From an uncultured Candidatus Saccharibacteria bacterium (GTDB lineage: Bacteria; Patescibacteriota; Minisyncoccia; Phycocordibacterales; UBA9973), in the NCBI GenBank assembly GCA_964553015.1, contig CAZKJE010000001.1, positions 94,278-158,277 on the forward strand: a stretch of 64,000 nt of DNA, written 5' to 3'. Each line of letters opens with the position of its first letter. Within the stretch, counting starts at the first letter, position 1. The position numbers and the translations under genes were made by a program. This document shows positions 17,415-27,611 of this stretch, piece by piece. The notes beneath the pieces were generated by a model that ran no database searches, had not been told where the DNA came from, and worked only from the letters and a program-made list of their open reading frames with translations.

Positions 17415-18844
17415 TATAATTTTTTAGGGTCTCCGTTCCAGCCGAATATTTTGCCGAGATCGTCCGCGCTTTGCCTTTTGCGTGCAAGCTTTACTTCCCC
17501 GTTCTGGCACACAATCATGGCTGGTTTTGATAAGAGGCAGTGATTGTTGGAAAGGGTGTATTGATAGCTGCCGGTGTCATAGGCAACTACATACAAATCC
17601 GACATGTCTTCAGTTAATTTTGGCAATAGCACGTAATTGCCAGAAGCAGTATACCTGTCGTCAGCGTCGCAGGTAGATCCAGCGATCCAGACTTTCTGCA
17701 AGCGCTTAGTATTTAAATAATTCGCAGAAGTAAAATGCCATTTGCGGCGAACCACGGACCATGTGTCCGTCAGATTGCAGATAAAGCTTCCGTCAATAAA
17801 ATACCATTTTGTGTCAGCTTTGTTTGCAATATTCTTAGCGCCCAGTACTTTGAAAATAGATATTTGGGCCGGAGCAGTAAAATAGCTTCCCCACTCGCAG
17901 ATCAGGTTTGGATGCCTGATACCGAGCCGTTCGCTTTCCTTTTTGGCAGTTTTGATCATCTGGTTTACTAAATTTTTGACGGAAATCATCTTTTTTCTTT
18001 TTTCATAAGGTACTGCCATGCCGCCGCCGAAATTTATAGTATCCAAACCCGGATTGCTTTCTTTCAGCTTTGCATACAAAGGAAAAGCACGCTTGAGAGG
18101 CTTGATAAAGCCCTCTATTTTTTCGTTCTGGGTGGATATATGATAGTGCAGCATAGACAGATTGCGGATCTTGCCTATCTTCATTAGCTCTGTTTCGTCA
18201 AAACCAAAATGGTTGTACTTTTTATCCCAATGCGAATCTACCTTTACGTCGAGGTTTACCCGCACTCCTACTTCGCCTTTAAATTTTTTAAGCCTGTCTA
18301 ATTCTTCAGAGTTTTCAATAATCGGAATTACGATTAGTCCTTTGCCGCGCAGTTCTTCTATGAGGCTTATGTATTGGTCGGTTTTGGGGCCGTTGCAGGT
18401 AACTCGGAGCTTGCGATTAAATTTTTCCTGCTCCAGCATTCTTTTTACCAAAAAAAGCTCGTTTGCAGAAGATACTTCAATGTTGGCTCCTTCCGATAGC
18501 GCCGCCAGCACAAAATCGCGGTTCTGGTTGGACTTCATTACATAGTGATAATAAAATTTACCTTTATAATTTAGAATTTTTATGTAGGCATTAAAAAATT
18601 CCAACAGATCGCGAACTCGATGTTCCAGAATATAAGGAAAAAAAATCTCGGTGGTAGTGCCATACTTTCGGACAATATCCATAATATTATACTGATAGTG
18701 CCCTTCTTTTACGACAAGCTCGCCATTTGGATTCACGTCAAAATGCTGGGTGTTGAATTCATCCATGCCGAGCCTCCAAAATTTTTTCCAGTTCGCGTTG
18801 TTCTTTTTTGATTTCCTGGATTTTTTAGCTTTTGCCTTGACCAT
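17414..18844 (-). CDS. PLP-dependent decarboxylase, Orn/DAP/Arg decarboxylase family (fold III)
   Basis: 476 aa. YVMKSNQNRDFVLAAL matches Y[AV]vKaNsn..vl, and HYHISTQ matches the HfHiGSQ region. Could be arginine or carboxynorspermidine decarboxylase. N-terminal Lys-rich extension. Confidence 0.55.
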   Translation of the reverse strand: MVKAKAKKSRKSKKNNANWKKFWRLGMDEFNTQHFDVNPNGELVVKEGHYQYNIMDIVRKYGTTTEIFFPYILEHRVRDLLEFFNAYIKILNYKGKFYYHYVMKSNQNRDFVLAALSEGANIEVSSANELFLVKRMLEQEKFNRKLRVTCNGPKTDQYISLIEELRGKGLIVIPIIENSEELDRLKKFKGEVGVRVNLDVKVDSHWDKKYNHFGFDETELMKIGKIRNLSMLHYHISTQNEKIEGFIKPLKRAFPLYAKLKESNPGLDTINFGGGMAVPYEKRKKMISVKNLVNQMIKTAKKESERLGIRHPNLICEWGSYFTAPAQISIFKVLGAKNIANKADTKWYFIDGSFICNLTDTWSVVRRKWHFTSANYLNTKRLQKVWIAGSTCDADDRYTASGNYVLLPKLTEDMSDLYVVAYDTGSYQYTLSNNHCLLSKPAMIVCQNGEVKLARKRQSADDLGKIFGWNGDPKKL

Positions 18845-18909
18845 CTAATTAAAAACTAGTATACCCCCACACTTATTATAAGTCAAAGAAAATAAGGTGG
18901 GGTAAAGCT

Positions 18910-21900
18910 TTATAGAGTTATTTCAGATGCAGGCCGTTCAGGCTCTGAAGAGCCCTCAGGCTCGATGAGTTCAGGATCCGGCTCGGGTGTAGGTTCGGGA
19001 GCTGGCTCGAGGGCGGACTCTTCCACAACCTCACCTCCTCCTACCTCCTCCGAAGGAAGAGGTTCACTCACTTCACCCTCTCCTTCGGGGAGGGTTGGGG
19101 CAGGGTCTCCTTCTGGCGCGGGACTTGGCTCGGGTGTAGGTTCTGGGATTGGTTCAGGTGTAGGCTCCGGTTCTGGCTCGGTAGCTGGAACTGGGTCAGG
19201 CGTCATTCCCGCATTTTGCAACAGAGTTTGAAGCTGGTCTTCAGTCACGCAGGTTTCATTGATACAAAGTTTATTTTTAGCTTTAAAAGTTTCGGCGAAA
19301 ATTTCCCCTATGCCATTTGTAGCCTCCGAGAGCCAAGTGGAGATTTTGGCATAGATAGTATTGTTCAAATCTTGAATGGCCTTGGTGAGAATTGGAATCA
19401 TGCCGGTGGTGTTTAAAGACTTCATGCCGTTTTCGTCGGTAGCAACTAGTTTAGGAATAACGAGTTCTACTTCCTGGGCGATGAAGCCGAGATTTTTAAC
19501 TGTATCACCGTCTTCATATTTCCAGTTGAATAGGACGGGTCTTAGATTCATGACTGTGTCTAGACCATAAGTAATGTCTTCTATGTTTTTCTTCATTCTT
19601 TCGTCAGAAGTACAGGTGATGGTTCCTCCATCGGCTAGGGTACAGCCGGTAGCGTTGTCGCTGTTAAAGCGGGCGATGACTCCGGTGCCAGTGGCCAGGA
19701 CATCTAGGGCGTAGGTGGGATCTGATCTGCCGATGCCGACTCTTTTATTAGTAGAATCTACATTAAGAATGACAGTGGCATCTGTTTGTTGAACCTGAAA
19801 TGCAGTTGTGCTATTGGCACCTGGTTTAACTATTGTTGCCTTAGCCGCGTTATTTAATTTGCCAGCTTGAAGCATGATGTTACCGCCATATGACTTCAAA
19901 ATAACGTCATTATTCGGGAATGTTCCACTTTCTAGTCCTATATGAGCCACCCCTGAATTGTAGTTAATATAGCCAGGAAAAGTAGCATAACCATTGGCAT
20001 TAAGATTTAATGAACCATTATTCAGTATTTGTAAATCCGCTGAACTATTGCCCATAAAAGTGGCTATGGATGTACCATTTCCCAGTGAAGATTCTATAAG
20101 ATGCAGTGGGGCTGTTGGAGCTGTCGTGTTGATCCCCACTCTTCCCTCAAAATAGGCAGAGTTGGCTCGGGTGATGGTAGTGTTCGTTCCGGCAATTGGT
20201 TTAGGAACATATAACGAGAAAGCATCTGTAACCGTAATCGCATTCGTGGAAGCAAAAGTCGGAGCGCCGAAGCTGTTGGCGGTGCGGATGGCTACTGTTC
20301 CGGATGCTGCTGTGCTTGTGTCAGTATATGTGGCGGCATTTGAATCAAAAGCAATACCATCGGTGGTCCAAGCGGCAGCTGAAACATTGCCGTCAATTTG
20401 CAGATGAGAGGCGGGGGTGGCGGTGCCGATGCCGAGATTGCCATTATTCAAAATCGTCATTCTCTCGGTCAAAACTGAAGGAGCGGCGTCGGTGCCCGTC
20501 CAGAAAGAAAGTTGTCCCGGCACTCGGCTGTCGGCTATAGTGCCGGAAGAAATTGCTTTGATGGCTGCTCCCGTAATGTAGCCCGCGGCTCCTCCATAAC
20601 CTGTAAAGTTAATGACCCCCAGTTCATCAGCTGTGGTGATAACGGTAGGAGAAGCTCCGGTGCCTCTGGCTTTTCGGAAATTGAAGTCAAAACTGTCAGC
20701 GGAAGCGTTGGCTTGAGTAAAATATCCTTTTCCTAGGTCTACAGTATCGGAAGAGACGTGTAAAAGTCCTGCGGGTGCAGTGGTGCCGATGCCGACAGAA
20801 CCTTGTATTATTGCGCCGTTTGTTGGAGCAGCTGTAGCGGTGTAAGAGTTGCCTATTGAAACCCCACCGTTTACATTAAAGGCAGAGCCTGAATTAGTTG
20901 TTTTAATACTAACATTACCGCTTGCAGAGTCTGCAGATAATGCGGTGAGAGAGGGAGCCGCGCCTGCAGTACCATATAGAAGTTGGAAAAGACCGCCACC
21001 AGCATTGTCATTGGTTAATCGCCATCTGCTTCCACCAGTTTTACCGACTTCTATATATCCAGAGTTGCTCGATTCCACACGCAAACCGTCAACATTTCCG
21101 GTTAATATGTGCAGTTGAGAAGTTGGACTTGCCTTCCCAATCCCCACCTTTCCATCTCCCAAGACTGTAATCGCAGCTGTGTCGTCGTTGTTTGCAACTT
21201 GGAAAACCGTCTCTGCGGCACCCAAGTCAGCGATACCGGTGGTGCCGTTTGACTTAGCTCCGATAATTTTTATGGCAGGAGTAGCGTCAGTGGGATTAGT
21301 AGAACCCATCACACCTCTGATAGAGAGAGCTTGTGCATCGGTATCAGAAATAGTGGTCCACTGGACTCCTCCCTCTGTCGTTGAAAGAGATGTCAAATGT
21401 GAAAAGACATCAGTTTCTGCTAAAGTAGTTAGTCCATGTATTACATCATCATCGGACAAAGCAAAATCGGGAGTGGTGGTTGCTTCGTAAAGTTCTAATA
21501 TATAGTCGGGAGTAATGTCACCTATGCCGACGTTGCCCGTACTTGTATCCACATACAGATCATCCGTATTAACTGCAAAGTCTCCAGTGGTTGCAAGGGA
21601 AACATTTAAATTTGAGCCGGCAGCAGGAGTGATAGTGACTGCGCCAGTGGAAATGAGAGACGGAGTAGAAACTGAAGTAGGAGATAGAAGTTTAGTAGCG
21701 GACAAGGTGTCAGTCGCAAAGGTCAAGTCTGCATCGTCAGAAAGAATTCCAGCAACTCCGGCAAAAGTTACCCTCGTTGCAGTAAGTGCGGAATCAGTAA
21801 TATTTCCTCCGGATAAAGTCGTGTACGTGGCTGCGCCTAAGGCTGGGGTTACGAGAGCAGGCGAATTAGCAAAAACCAGCGCTCCCGTACCGGTTTCATC

Positions 21901-23118
21901 AGAAGCAGAAGTTAAAAGTTGCAAAGAAGTAATGGAACCCGTAGCTGTGCCATAGAGAGTACCGGAGGTTGGCAGAGTTACGTTCGTGGCGCCAGTTGAG
22001 GTAAGGGTAATGGAGTTTGTGGCAGAGGTGGCAAGAGTACTGCCTGCGCCCAGAGTAAGAGTACCGGTACCAGTCGTGATAGTGTTGCCGTTAATGGAAG
22101 CCGCGGTTAATGCTCCCCCTACTGTCAGGGCGTTAGTCGTATCATTGAAAGCAAAATTCGCATTGTCCTGCGCTAAATTTCCGGAAGCGTCCACGAAGAG
22201 GACAGAGTTAGCAGTACCGCTCCCGACTTCTCCGCCGATTTCCGGATTACCCACGTTCTTCCAGGTAGTGCCATTGTAAACCTGCATCTTGGAGACAGTG
22301 GTATTGAAAATGGTCATACCGGCTGCGGGAGTGAGCGCATCTCTCTGCGCCGTTGTTAAATTATTTATTTTTATGCCAGCATGGTTGGTACCGGAGAAGG
22401 AGATCAGTCCAGAAAAGGTGGTGGCTCCACCGACACCCAGACTGCCGGAGAGCGTAGTTATTCCCGTCACATCCAGATTGCCGGAGAGCGTAGTGGCTCC
22501 GGTGACGGACAAGGTTACCGTAGTCAGTAGGTCGGTATTCACTTGGTCACTAATAGAAGTGGATAAGCTGCTTAGACCATCCTCAATGGAATTTAAAAGT
22601 CCGTTGGTTTGATTATCAAAATCAGTTTGGGAGACGAAGGAAGAAGTGTCTGTACTGCTGCTGCTGCTTCCAGAGCTACCTGCTGGACCTCGGGGGCCAA
22701 CTGGGCCTTGCGGACCGGTATCTCCTTTGGGTCCTTGAGAGCCTTGGCTGTAAATTACATTCGCCGACTCCCTGCCGATGACTACCACAGGAGGGTTTTC
22801 GATTGGTATCGGAGGTGTATCGAATCCAGAAACTGTTCTTGGCGGAGTTTCTGGCGGAACAATTTGGAAAGTATTTCCATCCAGCAGAGAAGAAATTAGT
22901 CTTTGCAGACTGTCATTCATCGGCTCTACTATGCTGCTAGTGTAAAATTCCCAGGCATTTTCTGCCAGGTTAGCAGTCAAAGTAGAAGCTTTAACAGAGG
23001 CAGACTTGAGATCAAAATTAAAGTCAAACGCAGAAGCAGGATTAAATGCAGAAAAGAAAAATACCAACACAAAAAAGGATGGAAAAAGCGAACTTTTTAG
23101 AGAAGGTTTCTGGCGCAT
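18910..23118 (-). CDS. Giant secreted fibre protein (1402 aa): collagen-like Gly-X-Y triplets, long Thr/Gly/Ala-rich beta-repeat body, peptidase-S74 intramolecular-chaperone domain, Pro/Glu-rich tail
   Basis: Signal peptide. GSQGPKGDTGPQGPVGPRGPAGSSGSS is 9 consecutive GXY triplets. Near the C-terminus SDERMKKNIEDITYGLDTVMNLRPVLFNWKYEDG..LGFIAQEVELVIPKLV matches the S-D-x-R-x-K-x-N-I start of the Peptidase_S74 domain. Final tail PEPEPTPEPIPEPTPEPSP. Confidence 0.8.
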   Translation of the reverse strand: MRQKPSLKSSLFPSFFVLVFFFSAFNPASAFDFNFDLKSASVKASTLTANLAENAWEFYTSSIVEPMNDSLQRLISSLLDGNTFQIVPPETPPRTVSGFDTPPIPIENPPVVVIGRESANVIYSQGSQGPKGDTGPQGPVGPRGPAGSSGSSSSSTDTSSFVSQTDFDNQTNGLLNSIEDGLSSLSTSISDQVNTDLLTTVTLSVTGATTLSGNLDVTGITTLSGSLGVGGATTFSGLISFSGTNHAGIKINNLTTAQRDALTPAAGMTIFNTTVSKMQVYNGTTWKNVGNPEIGGEVGSGTANSVLFVDASGNLAQDNANFAFNDTTNALTVGGALTAASINGNTITTGTGTLTLGAGSTLATSATNSITLTSTGATNVTLPTSGTLYGTATGSITSLQLLTSASDETGTGALVFANSPALVTPALGAATYTTLSGGNITDSALTATRVTFAGVAGILSDDADLTFATDTLSATKLLSPTSVSTPSLISTGAVTITPAAGSNLNVSLATTGDFAVNTDDLYVDTSTGNVGIGDITPDYILELYEATTTPDFALSDDDVIHGLTTLAETDVFSHLTSLSTTEGGVQWTTISDTDAQALSIRGVMGSTNPTDATPAIKIIGAKSNGTTGIADLGAAETVFQVANNDDTAAITVLGDGKVGIGKASPTSQLHILTGNVDGLRVESSNSGYIEVGKTGGSRWRLTNDNAGGGLFQLLYGTAGAAPSLTALSADSASGNVSIKTTNSGSAFNVNGGVSIGNSYTATAAPTNGAIIQGSVGIGTTAPAGLLHVSSDTVDLGKGYFTQANASADSFDFNFRKARGTGASPTVITTADELGVINFTGYGGAAGYITGAAIKAISSGTIADSRVPGQLSFWTGTDAAPSVLTERMTILNNGNLGIGTATPASHLQIDGNVSAAAWTTDGIAFDSNAATYTDTSTAASGTVAIRTANSFGAPTFASTNAITVTDAFSLYVPKPIAGTNTTITRANSAYFEGRVGINTTAPTAPLHLIESSLGNGTSIATFMGNSSADLQILNNGSLNLNANGYATFPGYINYNSGVAHIGLESGTFPNNDVILKSYGGNIMLQAGKLNNAAKATIVKPGANSTTAFQVQQTDATVILNVDSTNKRVGIGRSDPTYALDVLATGTGVIARFNSDNATGCTLADGGTITCTSDERMKKNIEDITYGLDTVMNLRPVLFNWKYEDGDTVKNLGFIAQEVELVIPKLVATDENGMKSLNTTGMIPILTKAIQDLNNTIYAKISTWLSEATNGIGEIFAETFKAKNKLCINETCVTEDQLQTLLQNAGMTPDPVPATEPEPEPTPEPIPEPTPEPSPAPEGDPAPTLPEGEGEVSEPLPSEEVGGGEVVEESALEPAPEPTPEPDPELIEPEGSSEPERPASEITL

Positions 23119-23190
23119 GTTTTGTATTTAGAAACACATATATTTTAACATATAACCCCCAAAAAAAAAGAAAGTTATACACAACACCTT

Positions 23191-24387
23191 TTATGTTGAA
23201 TATCCCTTCAGAAATTCTTCTTTAAACTCAAAAAAGTTATCGTCCAAAATTGACTGTCGGATTTTTTTTACCAAGTTTACAATGAAATATAAGTTGTGTA
23301 TGGAGGCGAGAGTTCCGGCCAGCATTTCTTTGCCGTGAAAAAGATGAGCTATGTAGCTTTTTGTAAAATTTTTACAGGCATAACAGCCGCAATCTTCTTC
23401 AATCGGAGAAAAGTCATTTCTAAATTTTGTATTCATTATGATTATTTTTCCTTTTTTTGTATAAATAGTCCCGTTTCTGCCAAGCCTAGTAGGCAAGACG
23501 CAATCAAACAGATCTACTCCATTTTCTATACCCATAAATAAATCCTCCGGCTCGCCAATTCCCAAGAGATGCTTGGGCTTCTCTTGCGGCAAAATTTCAT
23601 TCACCCATTTCACAGCCGTAGACATATCTTCTTTTGCAAAACTCCCACCGATGCCAAAGCCGTCAAAATCTAAATTTTTTAAAAAGTTTGCAGATGCTTT
23701 TCGTAGAAATTCTTCTCGTCCGCCCTGCACAACGCCGAACAGAGCTACTTCATCTTCTTTATTTAATCTCTTATGCTCAACAAGACTCCGTTTTGCCCAA
23801 CTATGAGTTCGCTCCAGCGCTTCTTCCTGGTAGCGCAGATCTTCGGTAGGTGAAGTGCATTCGTCAAATGCAAAAATTATATCGGCGCCGAGATTGTGCT
23901 GAATCTGTATTGATTTTTCCGGAGTAATGTAATGAATAGATCCGTCGAGATGTGATTTAAAGGAAACTCCGTCCTGCCCTATCTTTGCGAGACGCGGAGC
24001 ATCGCTGTCATCAAACCTCTCCGGAATCATGAGCGACGGATCAGTAATTTTAGTAACTTTTGAGATCTCCTTGCCGTAAGCGGCACCCAAAGAAAAAACC
24101 TGAAACCCGCCGGAATCCGTCATCGTCGGTCCCGGCCAATTCATAAACTTACCGATACCTCCAGCATCACGGACTATTTCATCCCCCGGCTGTAGATATA
24201 AATGATAGGTATTTCCGAGCACGACTTCCGTGCCCGCTTCCCGCACCTGTTCGGGGTTCAAAGATTTCACAGTTGCTTTAGTCCCGACGGCCACAAAAGC
24301 CGGAGTATGTATTACGCCGTGAGAGGTTTCAAGTATACCGACCCTTCCTAAGCTATTTTTTAATTTTTTTTCTATTTTAAAATCCAT
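23191..24387 (-). CDS. tgt: Queuine tRNA-ribosyltransferase
   Basis: 398 aa. N-terminal GRVGILETSHGVIHTPAFVAVGTKATVKSL, then GGFQVFSL, and Zn site CGCYACKNFTKSYIAHL. Confidence 0.9.
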   Translation of the reverse strand: MDFKIEKKLKNSLGRVGILETSHGVIHTPAFVAVGTKATVKSLNPEQVREAGTEVVLGNTYHLYLQPGDEIVRDAGGIGKFMNWPGPTMTDSGGFQVFSLGAAYGKEISKVTKITDPSLMIPERFDDSDAPRLAKIGQDGVSFKSHLDGSIHYITPEKSIQIQHNLGADIIFAFDECTSPTEDLRYQEEALERTHSWAKRSLVEHKRLNKEDEVALFGVVQGGREEFLRKASANFLKNLDFDGFGIGGSFAKEDMSTAVKWVNEILPQEKPKHLLGIGEPEDLFMGIENGVDLFDCVLPTRLGRNGTIYTKKGKIIIMNTKFRNDFSPIEEDCGCYACKNFTKSYIAHLFHGKEMLAGTLASIHNLYFIVNLVKKIRQSILDDNFFEFKEEFLKGYST

Positions 24388-25212
24388 TTACTGTTCTATT
24401 TGAACAAACTTTATTTCTTGTATATTTATCGGACTGATAAGCAGCACTTTGGTAAAAGGATCGCGCGGGTCGGAAATTGTGGTTTCAACTTTAGCAAGCA
24501 CATAGGGATAAAGCCCCGGCATCACCGCTTCGCCTCCTTTTTGTATCACAATGTCTCTCGGCAGGATCATTTCAAAATTTCCTCCTCCCCTGCCTACTAA
24601 TTCGTAGAAAGTGTTCCCGCCTGCTCCCGACACAGGAGGGCGGGCAGGACTTGGACCGACTACTGCCTGCGTCTTTTCTTCAGCGCTTGAGAATAAAACT
24701 ATTTTTGAAGTGTTCGGAGTTACCGCCCCCACCCGCCCAATCGGAATATCTCCGAGCGCAAAAACCATGTCGCCTGCTTTTATTCCTTTATCTTCTCCCG
24801 CATCAATAAGGAGCGTGTCATAAGTGCTTTGATTTGGTTTGGACAAAACAGCGCTGAGAATAATTTTTCTTTCATCTTTTATTCTGCCTAAAATTTCTTT
24901 AAGACTTTCGTTTTCCGTTCGAAGCAGATCGTAATTTAATATTTTTGCATCAGCTTCACTTAACTTTGACCACAGAGCTTCGTTTTCATTTTGAAGAGAG
25001 CTTTTAAAAGCAAGGTACGCGCCTAAATTTCTAAATTTCCCGCTGGTATTATTTCCAAGAACTAAAACCGGACGAAAAATTTCTCCGCTTACATATGAAA
25101 GTCCGCTCCAGATTCCTGTCTTAAAATAAAATAAGACGGCAAAAAATAACAAAACAGCAGTAACTGCCCAGATTTTTTTTCTTCTCCTCGTTTTATCTAG
25201 GAGGTAGCTCAT
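24388..25212 (-). CDS. mreC: Rod shape-determining protein MreC
   Basis: 274 aa. N-terminal TM, coiled coil, C-terminal beta domain. Immediately downstream of mreB in the conserved order. Confidence 0.8.
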   Translation of the reverse strand: MSYLLDKTRRRKKIWAVTAVLLFFAVLFYFKTGIWSGLSYVSGEIFRPVLVLGNNTSGKFRNLGAYLAFKSSLQNENEALWSKLSEADAKILNYDLLRTENESLKEILGRIKDERKIILSAVLSKPNQSTYDTLLIDAGEDKGIKAGDMVFALGDIPIGRVGAVTPNTSKIVLFSSAEEKTQAVVGPSPARPPVSGAGGNTFYELVGRGGGNFEMILPRDIVIQKGGEAVMPGLYPYVLAKVETTISDPRDPFTKVLLISPINIQEIKFVQIEQ

Positions 25213-26239
25213 CTTGGTTGCCGATCAAAACTTCTTTATAAAAAGGAAGATCATCCAGTATTACTCCCGTACCGCGAGCCACGGCCGAAAGCGGATCTTC
25301 CACCACATAGATAGGAATTTTTAGTACGCTTTGCAAAAGTTCTCCTAGCCCGGGCAAAAGCGCTCCGCCGCCAGATAGAGTGATGCCACGATGCATAATG
25401 TCCGAAAGTATTTCCGGCGGAATAGATTCCAGCATATCTTTCACGCCTTCTACTAGTCCTTTTACTGAAGAAGAAAGCGCCTCGCGAATATCTGAATCGG
25501 TGACCACTACTTCTCTCGGCAGGCCGGTAAGCAAATCGCGCCCTTGAATTTCAGTTTCCATATATTCTCCAGCAACTGCAGAGCCGATAGCTATCTTTAC
25601 CATTTCCGCGGTTCGTTCGCCGATAAGTATTTTGAATTCATCCCGCATATAAGAGATGAGATCATTGTTGAGTCTGTCTCCGGCTATTTTTAAATTTTTT
25701 GATTTAACAATTCCACCGAGCGATATTACGGCTATATCAGTAGTCCCTCCGCCGATATCTATGATCATAGAGCCGACTGGATCCTTGATTGGAAGACGTA
25801 TGCCGATAGCTGCAGCCATGGGCTCTTCGACCAAGAAAACTTCTCTAGCACCGGCTGAACGTGCGGCATCATATACTGCCCGTGTTTCCACGTTTGTCGT
25901 GCCGGAAGGTACCCCGACTACGACACGCGGACGCGCTAATTTTTTAGAAATTTTGTCTGCCTTATTGATAAGATAAGAAAGCATCTCCTCGGTTACTTCA
26001 AAATCTGATATCACGCCGTCTACGAGCGGACGAATCGCTTTGACGTGTCCCGGGGTTCGGCCAAGCATTTCTTTCGCCTGCGTACCTACGGCTAGAATTT
26101 GGCTCGTCTTCGTATTGACTGCAACGACCGAAGGCTCGTTAACGACAATGCCGTGGCCCTTCAAATATACGAGTGTGTTTGAAGTGCCGAGATCTATGCC
26201 GATATCATTTGAAATTAATTTGTAGAATTTTTCAAGCAT
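25193..26239 (-). CDS. mreB: Rod shape-determining protein MreB (actin homologue)
   Basis: IGIDLGTSNTLVYLKGHGIVVNEPSVVAV phosphate-1 motif, MIIDIGGGTTDIAV phosphate-2 motif, 348 aa. Confidence 0.95.
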   Translation of the reverse strand: MLEKFYKLISNDIGIDLGTSNTLVYLKGHGIVVNEPSVVAVNTKTSQILAVGTQAKEMLGRTPGHVKAIRPLVDGVISDFEVTEEMLSYLINKADKISKKLARPRVVVGVPSGTTNVETRAVYDAARSAGAREVFLVEEPMAAAIGIRLPIKDPVGSMIIDIGGGTTDIAVISLGGIVKSKNLKIAGDRLNNDLISYMRDEFKILIGERTAEMVKIAIGSAVAGEYMETEIQGRDLLTGLPREVVVTDSDIREALSSSVKGLVEGVKDMLESIPPEILSDIMHRGITLSGGGALLPGLGELLQSVLKIPIYVVEDPLSAVARGTGVILDDLPFYKEVLIGNQDELPPR

Positions 26240-27477
26240 TCAAGTAATTCATTAAGTGTTACAATTTTTCCTTTTTCTTCTGTGCGCTTTTTTAACTCTA
26301 TTCCCTTTTCCTTCATGCTTCGCGCCGAAACTACTGCACGAAAAGGCATACCGAGAAGATCTGCGTCTGCAAACTTTTCTCCGGCCGACATTCCGGCTCG
26401 ATCATCAAACAAAACTTCAACTCCCGCCTTTTCTAAACTTTCATAAACTTTCTCGGCTTCTTTCAAAACTTCCTCATCTTCCCCTAAACAAAGAAGGTGG
26501 ATCCTAAACGGCGCGATAGTTTCCGGCCAGACTATTCCCTTATCGTCAGAAAGCACTTCTACTACGGTACCTATCAGCCGTCCCAGACCGATACCATAAC
26601 TACCCATCACTACTAGTTTTTCTTCCCCGTTTTCATCTTTATACGTAAGGTCAAAAGGAGCTGAAAACTTTGTCCCAAGGTAGAAAATATTCCCCACCTC
26701 GACTGCTCTTTTTTCAACCAAATTCTCTTTCTTTAATTTAAGTTCCTCAATAATCTCATCGCTGTAAACTTCTTTATTTATAGCAATACCTGAATTTTCA
26801 TCCAAATAAACAGTGTCTTCGCCGACAGAAGTTATCGTCTGAAATTCGTGTGAAAATTTTGAAAAACTGCCGCCGGAAGCAAAAGTCAGATAAGTCAGAT
26901 GGCCAATTCCCGATCTTTTGAAAATATTCTGATAAGCCCCCTTTGTCTTTTCATAAAACGCATTATGCTCTCTCTCGTCTTTTGAAAAAGAGTAGAGCGC
27001 TTTCCAGTAAAACTCTCTGCCTCTCATTATTCCGGACTTGCTTCTGATTTCGTTCCTGAAAATATTTTTAAAATCATATGGGTACATTGGCAAATCTTTA
27101 TAAGAGTTTACATACTGTTTTAGCATGCTGGCGTAAGCTTCTTCATTTGTAAATGATAAGCCGACTTCTCCCCCGTTTTTTAACTGCGTCTTAAACCAAT
27201 TATCTACAACTTCATCACTCCATCTGTTTGATTTTTCCCACACTTCTTTGCTTTGAAGTACGGAAGTTCTCATTTCCATTCCGCCAATGTGATCCATTTC
27301 TTCTCGGATAATCTTTTCTACTTTATTTAAAACACGCAAACCAAGAGGCAGATAACTATACACTCCGGCCATTTCTTTATGTATAAACCCGCCTCTGGTC
27401 AAAAGTTCTGCATTTTTAGAAACCTCATCTGCCGGAGCTTCTTTTCTGGTTTTTGTAAAAAGTTTAGATTGTCTCAT
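26215..27477 (-). CDS. proS: Prolyl-tRNA synthetase (compact, no editing insertion)
   Basis: MRQSKLFTKTRKEAPADEVSKNAELLTRGGFIHKEMAGVYSYLPLGLRVLNKVEKIIREEM matches the ProRS N-terminus. Class II motifs and C-terminal anticodon-binding domain present. Confidence 0.85.
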   Translation of the reverse strand: MRQSKLFTKTRKEAPADEVSKNAELLTRGGFIHKEMAGVYSYLPLGLRVLNKVEKIIREEMDHIGGMEMRTSVLQSKEVWEKSNRWSDEVVDNWFKTQLKNGGEVGLSFTNEEAYASMLKQYVNSYKDLPMYPYDFKNIFRNEIRSKSGIMRGREFYWKALYSFSKDEREHNAFYEKTKGAYQNIFKRSGIGHLTYLTFASGGSFSKFSHEFQTITSVGEDTVYLDENSGIAINKEVYSDEIIEELKLKKENLVEKRAVEVGNIFYLGTKFSAPFDLTYKDENGEEKLVVMGSYGIGLGRLIGTVVEVLSDDKGIVWPETIAPFRIHLLCLGEDEEVLKEAEKVYESLEKAGVEVLFDDRAGMSAGEKFADADLLGMPFRAVVSARSMKEKGIELKKRTEEKGKIVTLNELLECLKNSTN

Positions 27478-27502
27478 ATAGATTCATACTACCCGAAAAA
27501 AC

Positions 27503-27520
27503 CGCTTTGGTCAAAGCGGA
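27503..27520 (-). terminator. Intrinsic terminator downstream of the PaaX-like gene (ccgctttggtcaaagcgg + U-tract on minus strand)
   Basis: 7-bp stem, 4-nt loop. The minus-strand reading is followed by UUUUUUCGGG. It lies between the paaX-like gene end and the proS start. Confidence 0.6.
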
Positions 27521-27611
27521 AATTAACCTATATATTCCTATGATTTCTACTGTTTAATAAAATCTCTTTACTGTTCCCAACTTTCTAGCATATGCTAAAA
27601 TATTAAGAAGA

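Noticed and set aside
18965-22899. Plus-strand ORFs embedded in the giant fibre gene, and similar ones in the 6009..9896 adhesin
   Set aside because: Antisense artefacts of long repetitive Gly/Thr/Ala-rich coding sequence.
18845-23190. Prophage around the S74 tail-fibre-like gene
   Set aside because: Flanking genes are a decarboxylase and tgt-mreC-mreB. No capsid, terminase, portal or integrase ORFs are present within 10 kb on either side.
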